Shown here: positions 52,729 to 64,000 of the stretch, piece by piece
Layout: every line of letters begins with the position of its first letter
Numbering within the stretch: position 1 is the first letter of the stretch
Source: Neoechinorhynchus agilis
Taxonomy: Eukaryota > Animalia > Acanthocephala
Length of the DNA stretch: 64,000 nt
NCBI GenBank assembly: GCA_051530055.1
Contig: CM121341.1
Location: 17,586,784 to 17,650,783, forward strand
Direction: 5' to 3'
Notes under the pieces: generated by a model
Databases searched by the model: none
The model's input: the letters and a program-made list of their open reading frames with translations, nothing else
Told to the model about the DNA's origin: nothing
Translations under genes and position numbers: made by a program

Positions 52729-53265
52729 ATTTGGAAATCACTTTTAAATAAATTCGCATCGTGCGTATTTGTGATCGCATAGCCGGTTGGGCTTATGCAT
52801 TAAATGTGTCTAAACTACTGTAGTTTTGGCTCGAATGAAATGCGACTATTCTAAACGATGCTGCTCTGTACCGCTTTCAACGATCCACGTAGATTACGCC
52901 TCATTGTTTCCAAATTCTCTCCTGAACTAATCGTCACCCGCCTTAATATCACTTGGGCATACAGTCGAACTCGAAATCTACCATTTCAAATGCCAATTAT
53001 GTCTTCTAAAAAGAGCTATTAGAGTACTTATTGTGCAAATATTATCATGCCATCAATTTAAAGTTACCTAGGACGGGAATTGCCCAAAGCATAACTTTCG
53101 GAACTTAAATCCATTACAAACCGAACTGTCCATGAGGATCTATTGAATATTTTGTCGTATTAGGCTGTAAAATGAATAATGATTTGGTTGCATAAAAATA
53201 TGCGATAATTTACCATTTACCTATCGACCTATGTATTATGAGGTATATGATTAGGATTATTGTTA

Positions 53266-53410
53266 AGTCTACACCCGGTAAATGATTATTTATTAAAGAC
53301 GTTTATAACCTCGTCGCGTTCATCATCAGTTTGTTAAAAGTCTTTCAATAACTACCAAAGTGATGAAGAAACCCACAAGGTTCGAAACATCTTTAATTAA
53401 AAATTCTTTA
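53266..53410. repeat. GAAACGTC-family inverted repeat with degenerate hammerhead-like motifs
   Basis: - arm aaa-CTGATGA-t-gaac..ggtt-ataaacgtc-ttt; + arm gtgatgaagaaacc..ggttcGAAACatc. Confidence 0.55.
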
Positions 53411-54899
53411 TTAGATGGAGACCTAAATAAGACTCCTCTTTAAAGTGATCGCAATTTTTAAAGTAGACTGTGGTATATTATGGATCTGTTGAAACTTTTA
53501 CCACAAAGCAGTAGCATACCGAATACAGATTACAGATTTCTCATTTGCAACACGTTTAAATATACTCCGCTAACAATGCTCATCAGAAATATAACCACGT
53601 GATGATTTGAAGATATTCGCCGAGTTAAGGATATTAGATATGCTCGAATAATCATCAAGTTCTGAATACGTTTAATAAAATCACACGTTGCGTCTTGCAT
53701 ACAACAGTTTAACGGCAACTCTCAAAAATAAGTTGTCGCTGTGCGTTTTTTTAAGTTAAATAACAGTTAACTTTTTTATTGTCACTCCAACTCTGATCTT
53801 AAAGATATTCATTAGGAAGACGATCCTCGCCAAAGTTTTACGTGTTTAGATTACGACGAACAACATAAGTTTTATAATAATTAAGTTGGAGCAGCAACAC
53901 GTTTATTCAAAAAAATTTGAAATACGATCAGCCAAATCTGTTTCACCTTTCGCTAAACAATTTATAATTCCTTTAATGCATGACGATGTAGGACGATGTC
54001 TTTCTAAAAGACGTTCATGTTCGTTTTTTAAATATTCATATCGAGTCCACTCCTTTTTAAAGATACTATGAACCTCACTATAAGGAAATTCGGATTTGAC
54101 ACTTTTAGTTGTATAATTCGCCAGAAAAATTGAAATTGCAATTTCGTCCAGCGTTTTTCTGATGTTCTTGAAGGCGCTAAATTTCGTTAAATTTAACAGG
54201 CCTCCTCTATACCGCAATGGAACCTTTTAAGTTTTCGTTGAGTATCCGATTGGTTAATTTGGTCGATTGCAATCGATGCCTCTTCGAGGGCAGATAAAAC
54301 ATTCGCACAGTGTATTAAAGATATTCGTGTTTGAATGACCTCCTTTATATCCGTTAAATATATTAAATTAAAAATTGCGAGTACCTCTGTCGATTTCGTA
54401 GCAAAGCACACACTTAAATAATGATTGAGTTTCTGTGAGACCTTAAAATAGATTTGTGCAAATTGTATTGTTTTAGGTCAACGTAAAAATGAAATTACCC
54501 ACACTCTTGTAAAGAAAAGAAATGTCATGTCGTCGTATTTCATAAGGGATTCACGATTCCGTTCGATCGTTTGCTAAAGAAGATCAGTGTAATAAACCTA
54601 AACTACGATTTTTACAATTTTTAAGTAGAATAATTAAGAGATCGATTCGAAACAACAATCTACTGCGTTTGAAAAAGCTTGACAGGTGGAGTAGCATAAA
54701 AGCTTAATTAGTGGTAGGAAAGACAGACTAAAGGTGGTTTGAGTTAATCAATTTATTTTTGAACTAAAATGGTCTTTAACATAAGAATTATCAAAGATTG
54801 AAAATTACTTTTTTAATTATTATTTATTAAAAAATACCTAAATGCTTATTATACATGTTCACATGTCTTAGATGAAAGCAACTTTTATTTTTAAGCAAT

Positions 54900-55210
54900 G
54901 AAAATTTTAATTTCGGGCCATACACGAATGTCATTAAAAATATAATTAAAAACCAACGTGTTATTTCTTTATTATTTACGCATACCATTAAATCTTCGAT
55001 ATGAAGCTCTTTGTTCCTGGATCGTTCAAAACTATCGACTATATCTTCAACCATTGAACTCATTCTTATTAGAAACTGTTGAGTTTCCTCGGTGTCTGAC
55101 TTAATCCGTTTCTCATTAAGTTCTTCGGGTTGGTCTAGACTAGTGTTCTGAAAGATTCGTTCTAAAAAGTTTTGAAGGACAGAATCGCAAGAAGCAGTTG
55201 ATTTGTCCAT
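54900..55210 (-). CDS. Possible small histone-fold protein (CENP-S/T- or TAF-like)
   Basis: FLIRMSSMVEDIVDSFERSRNKELHIEDLMVCV resembles helix2-loop2-helix3 of H4-like folds. The 3' end is unresolved. Confidence 0.35.
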
Positions 55211-55479
55211 TTGTAAAAAAATATAGATCAGTCTAGTATGAAATGTAACCATGGCGAAGTAAAACGGACATCAAGCTTGATTTTTGTATAATTCGAGCAA
55301 TAGGGCCGAAATTTTGGGCAAAATGATTATTATTAATTAATAGGTGAACATATTTGGATTTGTGAAGCGTATCATTCAGCTCAAGCTCCCACAGAATGCA
55401 CAAACGAAATAATAGGTATTTGCCCACAAGGATACATGGCAACTGTGAATAATGAATAAAATTTATATTAAATCGTTCG

Positions 55480-56259
55480 ATGCAGTTAGATAATGTAAAT
55501 GATAAGAAAAAACAGAAAAGACTTTTCGCTGTTCAAAAAGGACTGTATTTCCAAGATTTATTTGCGAAAATGAAACTCCTTGGCGTGTATGCCGACCCAT
55601 CAAAAGATATTCTGCTAGAAATAACGAGAAGGGACAATCATGAATCTATGGGAATAGCATTATCGAGATTCTTTAGAGCCGTTAAAAATTACTCACCCAA
55701 GTATTTAAACGAGCAATCGATTGAAAATGATGGATTATCGCCACCTGACAATAAAACTCTTGATGAATTGGAGAGAAAAATCACTGCATTAGAGACGGTG
55801 ACCGCAGAGATTGGTACCTGCCGTCGGGAATTGATTGAGAACGACGTCTTTTGTTTTCAAAGATATTTGCACCATAAAATGAAGTACATGACCTTAAAGC
55901 ATAAGGATGTGAGACGTGAGTATTCTCGACTTTCCAAGGATACAAATTACGCCCAGTGGCTTGATCGCGAAGTGGCATGCGCCCAAAATTTATTGGACAA
56001 GGAAATTCCAAGGATGCATGAAATCAATCGTAGTATCATTTCCAAAGAAAAAAGTAAAGTTCATGAAGAAACAAAAAAAGTTACAGAAAATATTCGAAAA
56101 ATGGAGTCGGAAGCGATTGATATGATCGAGGAGATCGATGGACTCACATGGGTTTTGGGCGCGGTTGAAGAGCTAAACGAAAATGACAAGAGAAAAAAGC
56201 TTATTGTAGATATAAGTAAATGGTGGATTTCAAACCGAACTCAAACACTCACTAAATGA
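55480..56259 (+). CDS. Uncharacterised coiled-coil-rich protein (259 aa)
   Basis: Uninterrupted ATG ORF with E/K-rich heptad-like segments. Confidence 0.6.
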   Translation: MQLDNVNDKKKQKRLFAVQKGLYFQDLFAKMKLLGVYADPSKDILLEITRRDNHESMGIALSRFFRAVKNYSPKYLNEQSIENDGLSPPDNKTLDELERKITALETVTAEIGTCRRELIENDVFCFQRYLHHKMKYMTLKHKDVRREYSRLSKDTNYAQWLDREVACAQNLLDKEIPRMHEINRSIISKEKSKVHEETKKVTENIRKMESEAIDMIEEIDGLTWVLGAVEELNENDKRKKLIVDISKWWISNRTQTLTK

Positions 56260-56729
56260 CCTTAAAATGTCTACTTTGTCCTTTTCAAAAGGCGAGTTAT
56301 TTGCTGTTTACTATGAGTGATGCTATAAGTAAAAATATTCTTATACCCAAAAACAAGAGTTTTAGTGGCGAATTCGCAATTAAACTAAATATTCTTTAAT
56401 CAAACGCAATCAACGTATAATTTCGGACTTTTAAGATTGCGAATTTCGCCCCATGGTATATATTTGACAATGTTCTCTGTTAGATCGATAAAGGCGAGTA
56501 TGTGTTTTTGAAAATTCTACCATGAGTAATAAAAGACGTTTTTCGAGACGTGAAGCGCCTTAGAAGATAATAGAGATATGCGATTGCACAAGTTAATTTT
56601 TTTAATTGTACAATCTTGCGCATATTTGTACCCATAGTTCGACTTTGTTCATCTTAATTTAACAACATTTCAAAATTATTTAACAAAAGAGCTACGAAAC
56701 AATGTATTTATTTAATTACCCAATCTCCA

Positions 56730-59700
56730 TTACTCCATCGGAACACAAATAATATCCACCATTCCAGTGCCTATACGTGGAGGTGTACCAACAAACTGTC
56801 TGCCTGAAGGTCCTTGTAAAGGATCCCGAAATCCTCTTAAGACACAATCTTTGATCACATTAGTTGCTGTTTCAAACGACATTTTCTGTAGAGGCGATGA
56901 ACTACTTGCCATTGAGTGTCTATTAAAAGCCGTGCACTGTCCATTGAACGTCAAATAGTCAGCTACTAAACTTAGATGCCTAAAATCGACATTGATTCCA
57001 TATGCCGAGAATACCTTTTGACATTCCTAAGATCTACATTTGAAAAAATAACGATTAAAGAAGTACTTGCCTTGACAATTACCCTCTGGCACGCTTCGAT
57101 TCCGTAAGTCTCACACATGTGAGGAATACTGTTGCAATAGAATCGATTCAGATTAAAAAATCGGTCATGAGCAAAAATTTCGTCGAAGTTTATCCCTTCC
57201 ACTTGCATATACAACTCTTGATTGACCCCCATCGGTATTATTCCGCATTTTCTGATTGCATCAGACGAGCGCACAGCAAGCGACCGAGCCGTGAAGTCAA
57301 CTAAAGAAGTCATATTCAATTGACCATAGCACGCATTAATGCCAATAGTCAGCGCACACCAGACTTTATCCTCATTTTCGCTGGTTCCATACCGGTAGTC
57401 AATGATAGTAACACCACCTTTCCGACATATGGCCAGAACATCCTCGATTCGCGCATTGTCCATAGATGTCTTGCTCTTTTTGGGTATAGGGGTGCCACAG
57501 GACGAATCCAAACCATCAACCAACGGAATATCTTCACCGTGGTCCGTAGCATCAGCTTGTTGCTCCAACATCTCGTTTTCATCTTCCTCCTCCCCATCAT
57601 AGGACATCTCATCGTCCTGCCGTTTCCGCAGTCGACCCCCATCTCCATCATCGCCGATAACATCATCCTCTTCGTCCTCATCGTCTTCTCGAACTTTCCC
57701 TTGATTCGAAATATCTTCAACCTCCTCTCCCTTCTCATCGTCGTCTTTATTTTCAGTCGCTGACTCTCCTGCAGGCTTAGACTTCGCAATAACCGTCTTA
57801 AAAAGATTACTTTCTTGTTGATTTTTTATTCTAGCATTTATATTATTTAGCAATTTGCGAACAAATCGTGTTTCAAACGCTCGGACAATATCGCAATCTG
57901 ATTGTTTTGTGAAATCGAAATGCATTTCGTATATTTGCATGATACCACGACTTGAGTTTTGGCAATATTGACAATTCTCATTTATATTCACCTTCAGAAT
58001 AACTTCTTTGAAAACCCTACGTTGGAGGCGAAGTTGGAGACGTTCAGCTTTTCGCTTTTTCCCTTTACGAATAGGAACTTCCATCAAAGGGGTTTTCATG
58101 TTCCTAGTAGTTGTCATTAAAATCTCGCGAAGACGCGGAATCCCAAGAGTAACGTTCATTTCACCACGACCAGCAAAATGAAAAGTGTTCAGTGTCATTT
58201 GAGTAGACGGTTCTCCTATGGATTGAGCGGCTAATATTCCCACAGCGTCTCCTGGTTCAGCTAACGCTCTTAATGATCGATACATTATTGGCTGTGATTG
58301 AATAGTGGTCAAAGGGAAAAGAAAAATGGCAAAAAAAGACAAACGACATTCCAAAACAAACCTTTGAAGATTAAGCAAACAATACCATCCATACTTTTGA
58401 AAAATAAGAACGAACCAACGAACTTTCAATCCCAGCCTTTAAGATGTCCTTGCACTTCTCCTTTTCCACGGACAATTTTGAATCAGAATATTCGGATATC
58501 AAGTCATACATGTGTTCTGAAATAGCTTCAAGTCGTGTCCCAGGCAACACATCACTCACAACCGGATACTCGATCTTTTCCCATTTTCGCGAAGTCCGAC
58601 GTGCCTTCTGCTTATCTTCACAATCACGTTGATCGTTCCTCTTAACCCATTTCCTGACAGCTTTAAGCCTCTTTCTTAAAACTTCGCTTTTCATAGGAGC
58701 GCAAGTACATTTTTCGTAAGCTGATTGACCATTGCCTTTTGTCACAATGTCCACATTGTTGGTAAAAAGTTTAAAACTATTTGGTTTTAGAAAAGTAGCC
58801 TTCTCTGTCGCCACGGAATCTTCCCCATAACAAAACTGAATGATGCTCCCATCAGTGTTCCGCACAGTCATATCGTATTGAACACAAAGACCTTCCAAGT
58901 GTTTAACAAGACATCTTTGTAAATATCCGGACCTGCTTGTTTTAACGGCTGTATCTACAAGACCTTCACGGCCAGCCATGCAATGGAAAAAGTATTCGTG
59001 AGGACGAAGTCCTGTTGCGAAACTGTTATAGATAAATCCACCAGCGTCAGGTAACAAGTCGTAAGGCTCAAAGCATGGAAGGGAGGCACCGGAAACCATT
59101 AGAGCTGGCCTGCGACCTTCTAACTCCTGTTGGCCTAACATGCAAGACATTTGAAGGGCGTTAACAGGCGATCCCTTTGCGCCGGCAAGGATCATAAGGT
59201 GAAGATCATTTGAAGGGAACGATTTAAGCGGTGCACATATATCTTTGCATTTCGAAAAAAGTGCATTTGTCATCTGTGATTGAAGTTTATCAGTGATCGA
59301 TTTATAAGCAGCGTCCAGTTCAATCATTAGGCTCTCGTCAATACTTTGATGAGCTTTCCGGATGATTTGAGCGAAAATTTCGTCGTCATTTGTTGTGATT
59401 CGTGAGAATTTACGAAGTGCATCTCGGCCTGCCTGCACTCGACTCGCAATAATCGATTCGACCCGCTGGATCGGAGCGTTCAGTAGAATATCTTCAGCTC
59501 CTAGCGTAAATCCGGCATAGAATTGGAGATATGAGGTTAGTAAACGTGAAAGAGCGGACAAAATTGCGTTTGCAAAGTACCCATCGTACAATTCTTGGCA
59601 GCAATGAATGAGACCCTTTGGAGCAGATCCAATTTGGTTTTTGTCGATTATACCACACATTAGTTGTCCATTTCGGAAAATGACAGTTTCCTCACTTAAA

Positions 59701-62521
59701 AGTGGATCATCATATTGAGAATTAGAATCCGAGGAATCCCTTTGCTTGTACCAATACTTCCCAGCAACTTTGGCACTGGATTCCAGATTTATTCCAGACT
59801 GATTAGGTGGAATAAGACTCTGAAGAACAGTCGATATAACCTGTTTGCCTGACCACAATTGTTGTGGTTTTATAATACATGGTGGGACTATCACTAGTCG
59901 GTCATAAAAACTAGTGCCGGTGAACGCCTGAGTGATCAAATGAACATATTGGTCTCGGGTGAAGAATCTTCCCTTGACTGTAAGTTTTGCAGATGCAATG
60001 ATGTGATCATGAATGAGTCCACCTAAAGGAGAACCATCTTTTGGAGTCGCATAGTTCCATGTACTAAACATGAGTTCCGATACTTCAGTGCGACTTACTT
60101 CATCCTGTGGAAAATGAACATTAAGTTCATCACCGTCAAAATCCGCGTTGTATGACTTACAGTTCGAATAGTGAAGACGGAGAACCTTTTCATTCTTAAG
60201 CACACGAGCCGAGTGACCCATTAAGCTTGGCCGATGGAGGGTAGGTTGTCGATTTACAATAAGATAATCCCCATCAAGCAGATGACGATAAACCATTTTG
60301 GGTTTTAAACTACAACTGGGAAATTCCGCCAACTGATTGGCAATCGCTTTTCTTTGAGCAGCATCGTTAGGCTTAAGTCTAACTACACGTCCATCCTCAA
60401 ATCTCACAAACCGTGCTCCAGGGTAGGTGTTTGGGCCATTTAAAACCAACATTTGTAACTTTTTAACATTCAATGTGTTCACTGGTTCACAATAGTCTAA
60501 TCTGACCGCAAAAGCCTCGGGTATTCCTATTTCATGAGTAGCTATAAACGGATCTGGCGATATTACCGACCTTCCCGAATAGTCAACTCGCTTCCCCATT
60601 ATGTTTTTCCTGATAAGACCTTCTTTTCCCTCCAAAAGACCACGAAGTCCCTTATATGGATTAACATTTCGTGTCATGGCGTATCGAACGTCGTAAAGTT
60701 GACCACATAGGACTTGTAAATTTTTCCAAGTCGAGTACAAAGACTTGCGAAGTCCCGTTGCTTTTGGTGGATTTTCTTGACTGTCTTCGTCATTGAGGTT
60801 TAAATCTTCATCGGATTTTGCAGCTTCTCTGTATAAATCGAAAATTCTTCGAAGGTCATTAGGGGCGGCAGTCGTGTTGCTTAAAGAAACGATACGATTT
60901 TAAATCCTTTGTAAAGTGTATTAGAAATGTAATTTTAGATTTTTACGCGACGAAATTATTTTTAAATGGAGCCGATAAAATTAACTAAAAGGAGTTAAAC
61001 TTGACAAAAAGCAAACGCATGAGTAGGACTCTTGTAAGTAAGAAATAAGCGAAAATATTTTAAAATAATTATGAAAATGGTAAGAAACATGCAAATCACA
61101 TTTTTAAAAATTTTGTAAGCACGGTTTAAACACGACAAGTGCCCAAAATTTCTAATTTCAAAAAAAAAAGTATTTTATATTCAGGGCAATGCAGGTATCG
61201 AAAATATGTGGAAGTTCTAAACGTCTTCCCGGAAAATTAACGTCAAACCACGATGTGCAACTCTCATTCCTAAAGCACATAATTATGTTACTTATGAGGC
61301 AAAAAGCGGTAAAAAAAATCTTCAATCGATTTCATCGATATCGGTCTTATCTGGAATAATCACGATCTAATTCAGATCACCCAATCATTAGTCTCGCAGC
61401 CTTAAATGGCAGGAATTACCGATCACTCCCTAGCTTCGACGACCCCGCAGCCTATTGCATTTAACCAACGAATTATAAATTGTGCTCTGTTTATCGGCCG
61501 TATCATAGCTCGCCGAAGCAGCCCGCATTGGCCGGAACCTGTTGGGAGGAACGATTAGATTCGTGATCATGAATTTGTCACAAAGGTTTGAGCTCAAGGA
61601 TTGGTAATAAATTTTAAGAAAAACAGGTTCGTTTTTCCAAAGATTATCAAGGATATACTTTATATTTAAGGGAATATATCCACGTTGATGTAGATTAATC
61701 GGAGTGCCCTTGATATCATCTAATTCGGGCTTATCATTGACCTGATTGTCATCACTGATTAAATCATCAAAAGTCACCCAATCATCATTTGTGAAATTCG
61801 TGACGCGTGATATTTCAGGACCGATACGTTTATGTTTAGTTTCCGATGAATCAAAAATATCAAAAATGTTATCATGAGTAAGGGTTGGTTTTGAATGTTT
61901 ACAGAACATACAACGTTTTTTTGCTCCTCGCATTAAATCATCAAATTTCCGAAACGTCTTCATCTTGAGGGCTACTTCATTTTGACACATTAAGTTTTCT
62001 TTTCCTGTGCATTCGCTTAAAATCGCTTTACATTTTTTCTTTAACAACATCGATATCTCAAAATCACTCTTTTTGTCTGAACGAAGTCTCATATGGTACT
62101 CGTTAAGATTTTCAAGCTCATCATAACATCCATGATCGATCAGAAGCATTTCTACGCAAAATACTAACTTATCAAGAGTAGGCACAGTTATTCGCATACA
62201 ACTAAAGCACGTTGCTTTGAGTAAGAAAATGAGTTTGTCGAAGTACATCGGGTTATAGATAGGAAGTGCAAGGCGAATGACGCCGTAATGTCCGGGACAG
62301 GAGTTATAATCTCGTCGGCAAGATAGACAGACATTTGAATAGTCGTAAGGACCCATGTGGAGATCGTAAACGCTTCCAGGCAATTTGTTTTTTAAATCGT
62401 CTTTTGATCCGTAGACGGTGAGGGAACAGGAACCTATCTCAGCCGCTTCCTCCGACGTAAAATTCCGAAGAGTAAGTGAGGATATGCAGATTGAAGGAAT
62501 CGATAACTGAGGTTTCGCCAT
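56730..62521 (-). CDS. POLR1A: DNA-directed RNA polymerase I largest subunit (RPA1), 4 exons
   Basis: Motifs CLSC...[106 protein letters not shown]. Introns approx. 61451/61469-60880, 58394-58292 and 57070-57027 (GC-AG). Confidence 0.97.
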
Positions 62522-63299
62522 TGTCTGTAATGGAAGAGGAAATGAACGGAAGCGAAAAATTACATTTAGGCCAATCGGACCACAAAAAAGGAGAATAAAT
62601 CGTTGTGTGCGATTAATTCTACCGAAAGTTAGAAGAGATCTGAGTGAAAGCGAGTATCTTAAAACAAAAAAACCTTATAATCCACGCGGCTCGACTCTTG
62701 ACGACTTTGACGTTTAAAATACTCAAAATATTTGGATGAAGCTCTCGAGGAATTTCTTGCATCCCTTATGGTATCCGATGATGTCATTAAAAAGAAAGAC
62801 GAATCGCACTGAACCGACGATTATCACTATAATTCAAACTTTATCATCCAGAAGGATTTTCTCCCTATGATGAAATTAAAACGCTCAAAACCAATCTTAA
62901 ACTTCAGTGGTAGCGAAAAAGCAAGAAAAAATTCGTATTCTAATCTATGCGAGTCTTTTCGGCATTCTAATGGACGATATAACATCCTATTTGAATTAAA
63001 ATAACAGTATAATATCTCCATGTCAGGTATTTCATTCGCGTTGGAATTCGAGTTGAAGCCACTGGAAAATCCAGCGAAACCCAAATATTGCGAAACTTTA
63101 GAAAATTCATCCATTACATCTGCAAAAATAAAATCGCAAAAGTAAAAAAACAATTATTTTTCAAGCAATCATCAATTTGCCACAGCTCTAACGTTGCATT
63201 CTTAGAATACGAAAGACCCAACGACGCCTTCGCCCACTAGCAAAAAAACCGATTTTGAGGAAGCTTTAATTCTAGGCAAAACTCGAACATTGTGATAGA

Positions 63300-64000
63300 T
63301 TGCAATCGTGGCATTTTTATCCAGGTGGGACCAGCCATGTTATATGGCGCAAAAACTTGGACGATCAAGCAAAACGACCTCAGAAGATTAGAAACGAACG
63401 AGATGAGGATGCTGAGATGTGCAGCACTGCATGAATCCTCGTTGGTCCTCGCTGATTCTGATCTCCTCTCTAATCCTGTGATCCATTATTCGTTCCCACA
63501 GTTTCATTGTGTGAGACATGAGTTTAATGGTGCAGTAGCTCCTACCCTGTAGAACATCTCCTTTGCCTTTGAAGATCGGTATCAATATGCTACCCTGCCA
63601 TTCCGACGGGATCTTTTCCTTCAAATCTATGTTCTGAAAGAGCCTCGTGGGCAACTTTATTCCGAAGACGCCAAGGGATTGCCACAGCTCGATCGGAATG
63701 TAATCTGAACCGGCGCTCCTACCAGTCTTCATTTTCCTGAGCTCTGCGGCCACCTCACCGTACGAGTTCGGCCTCGTCATATTGACATTCAGGTGTACGT
63801 CCTCTAGATGCAGTCTGTCATTCTCAGTGTTCAGTATAGTGCTGAAATATTCCTTCTTGAGCAACAAATTATCGCATCTACAATTCGGCTTCCGGCCCAA
63901 TTTTTCTGCAACGGATGCCCTACCATGCATTTATAACACATTCCTACGCAACCTCGACAATAATCCCTCTCACGTCATCCGGCTCATTCAATTGGACGCT
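63300..64000 (-). mobile_element. RTE-clade non-LTR retrotransposon fragments in opposite orientations
   Basis: - strand: MKTGRSAGSDYIPIELW..IPSEWQGSILIPIFKGKGD..IKLMSHTMKLWERI..QRGF. + strand 63300-63420: PAMLYGAKTWT..RRLETNEMRMLR. Confidence 0.85.

Noticed and set aside
53903-54411. ORFs with an RGGL motif reminiscent of P-element/THAP9 C-termini
   Set aside because: A four-residue match is insufficient, and no other transposase motifs or termini were seen.
61401-61453. 8-bp direct repeat (aggctgcg on the - strand) flanking an intron-sized 51-nt segment at the end of Pol I exon 1
   Set aside because: Splicing it out leads straight to a stop, and no compatible micro-exon was found; treated as coincidence.

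Overview
AT-rich, gene-dense eukaryotic DNA, probably from a compact-genome invertebrate (FEZ/UNC-76 gene present; most introns 40-60 nt). It is not prokaryotic, and I found no CRISPR, rRNA or tRNA. Recognisable host genes are GPI, IMPACT, WDR83, FEZ/unc-76, a DMAC2-like gene, NPC1, the RNA polymerase I largest subunit, a PMP3/UPF0057 proteolipid and a partial LRR gene, plus several orphan ORFs. Between them lie many mobile-element relics: three Penelope-like retroelements, four CRE-like RLE retrotransposon ends, an RTE fragment, a Tc1/mariner deletion derivative, a long-TIR foldback family and a 420-bp dimeric satellite. Two things stand out. (1) A ~3.9-kb decayed reading frame at ~9.3-13.2 kb loosely resembles the C-terminal (capping/methyltransferase) half of a negative-strand RNA virus L protein. 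It is fused directly to a Penelope element that is itself split by a Tc1-like insertion. (2) Minimal hammerhead-ribozyme-like motifs are dispersed across the window, mostly as inverted pairs, and their palindromic stem III covaries across four sequence families. All homology calls come from motifs recognised by eye; no searches were run.
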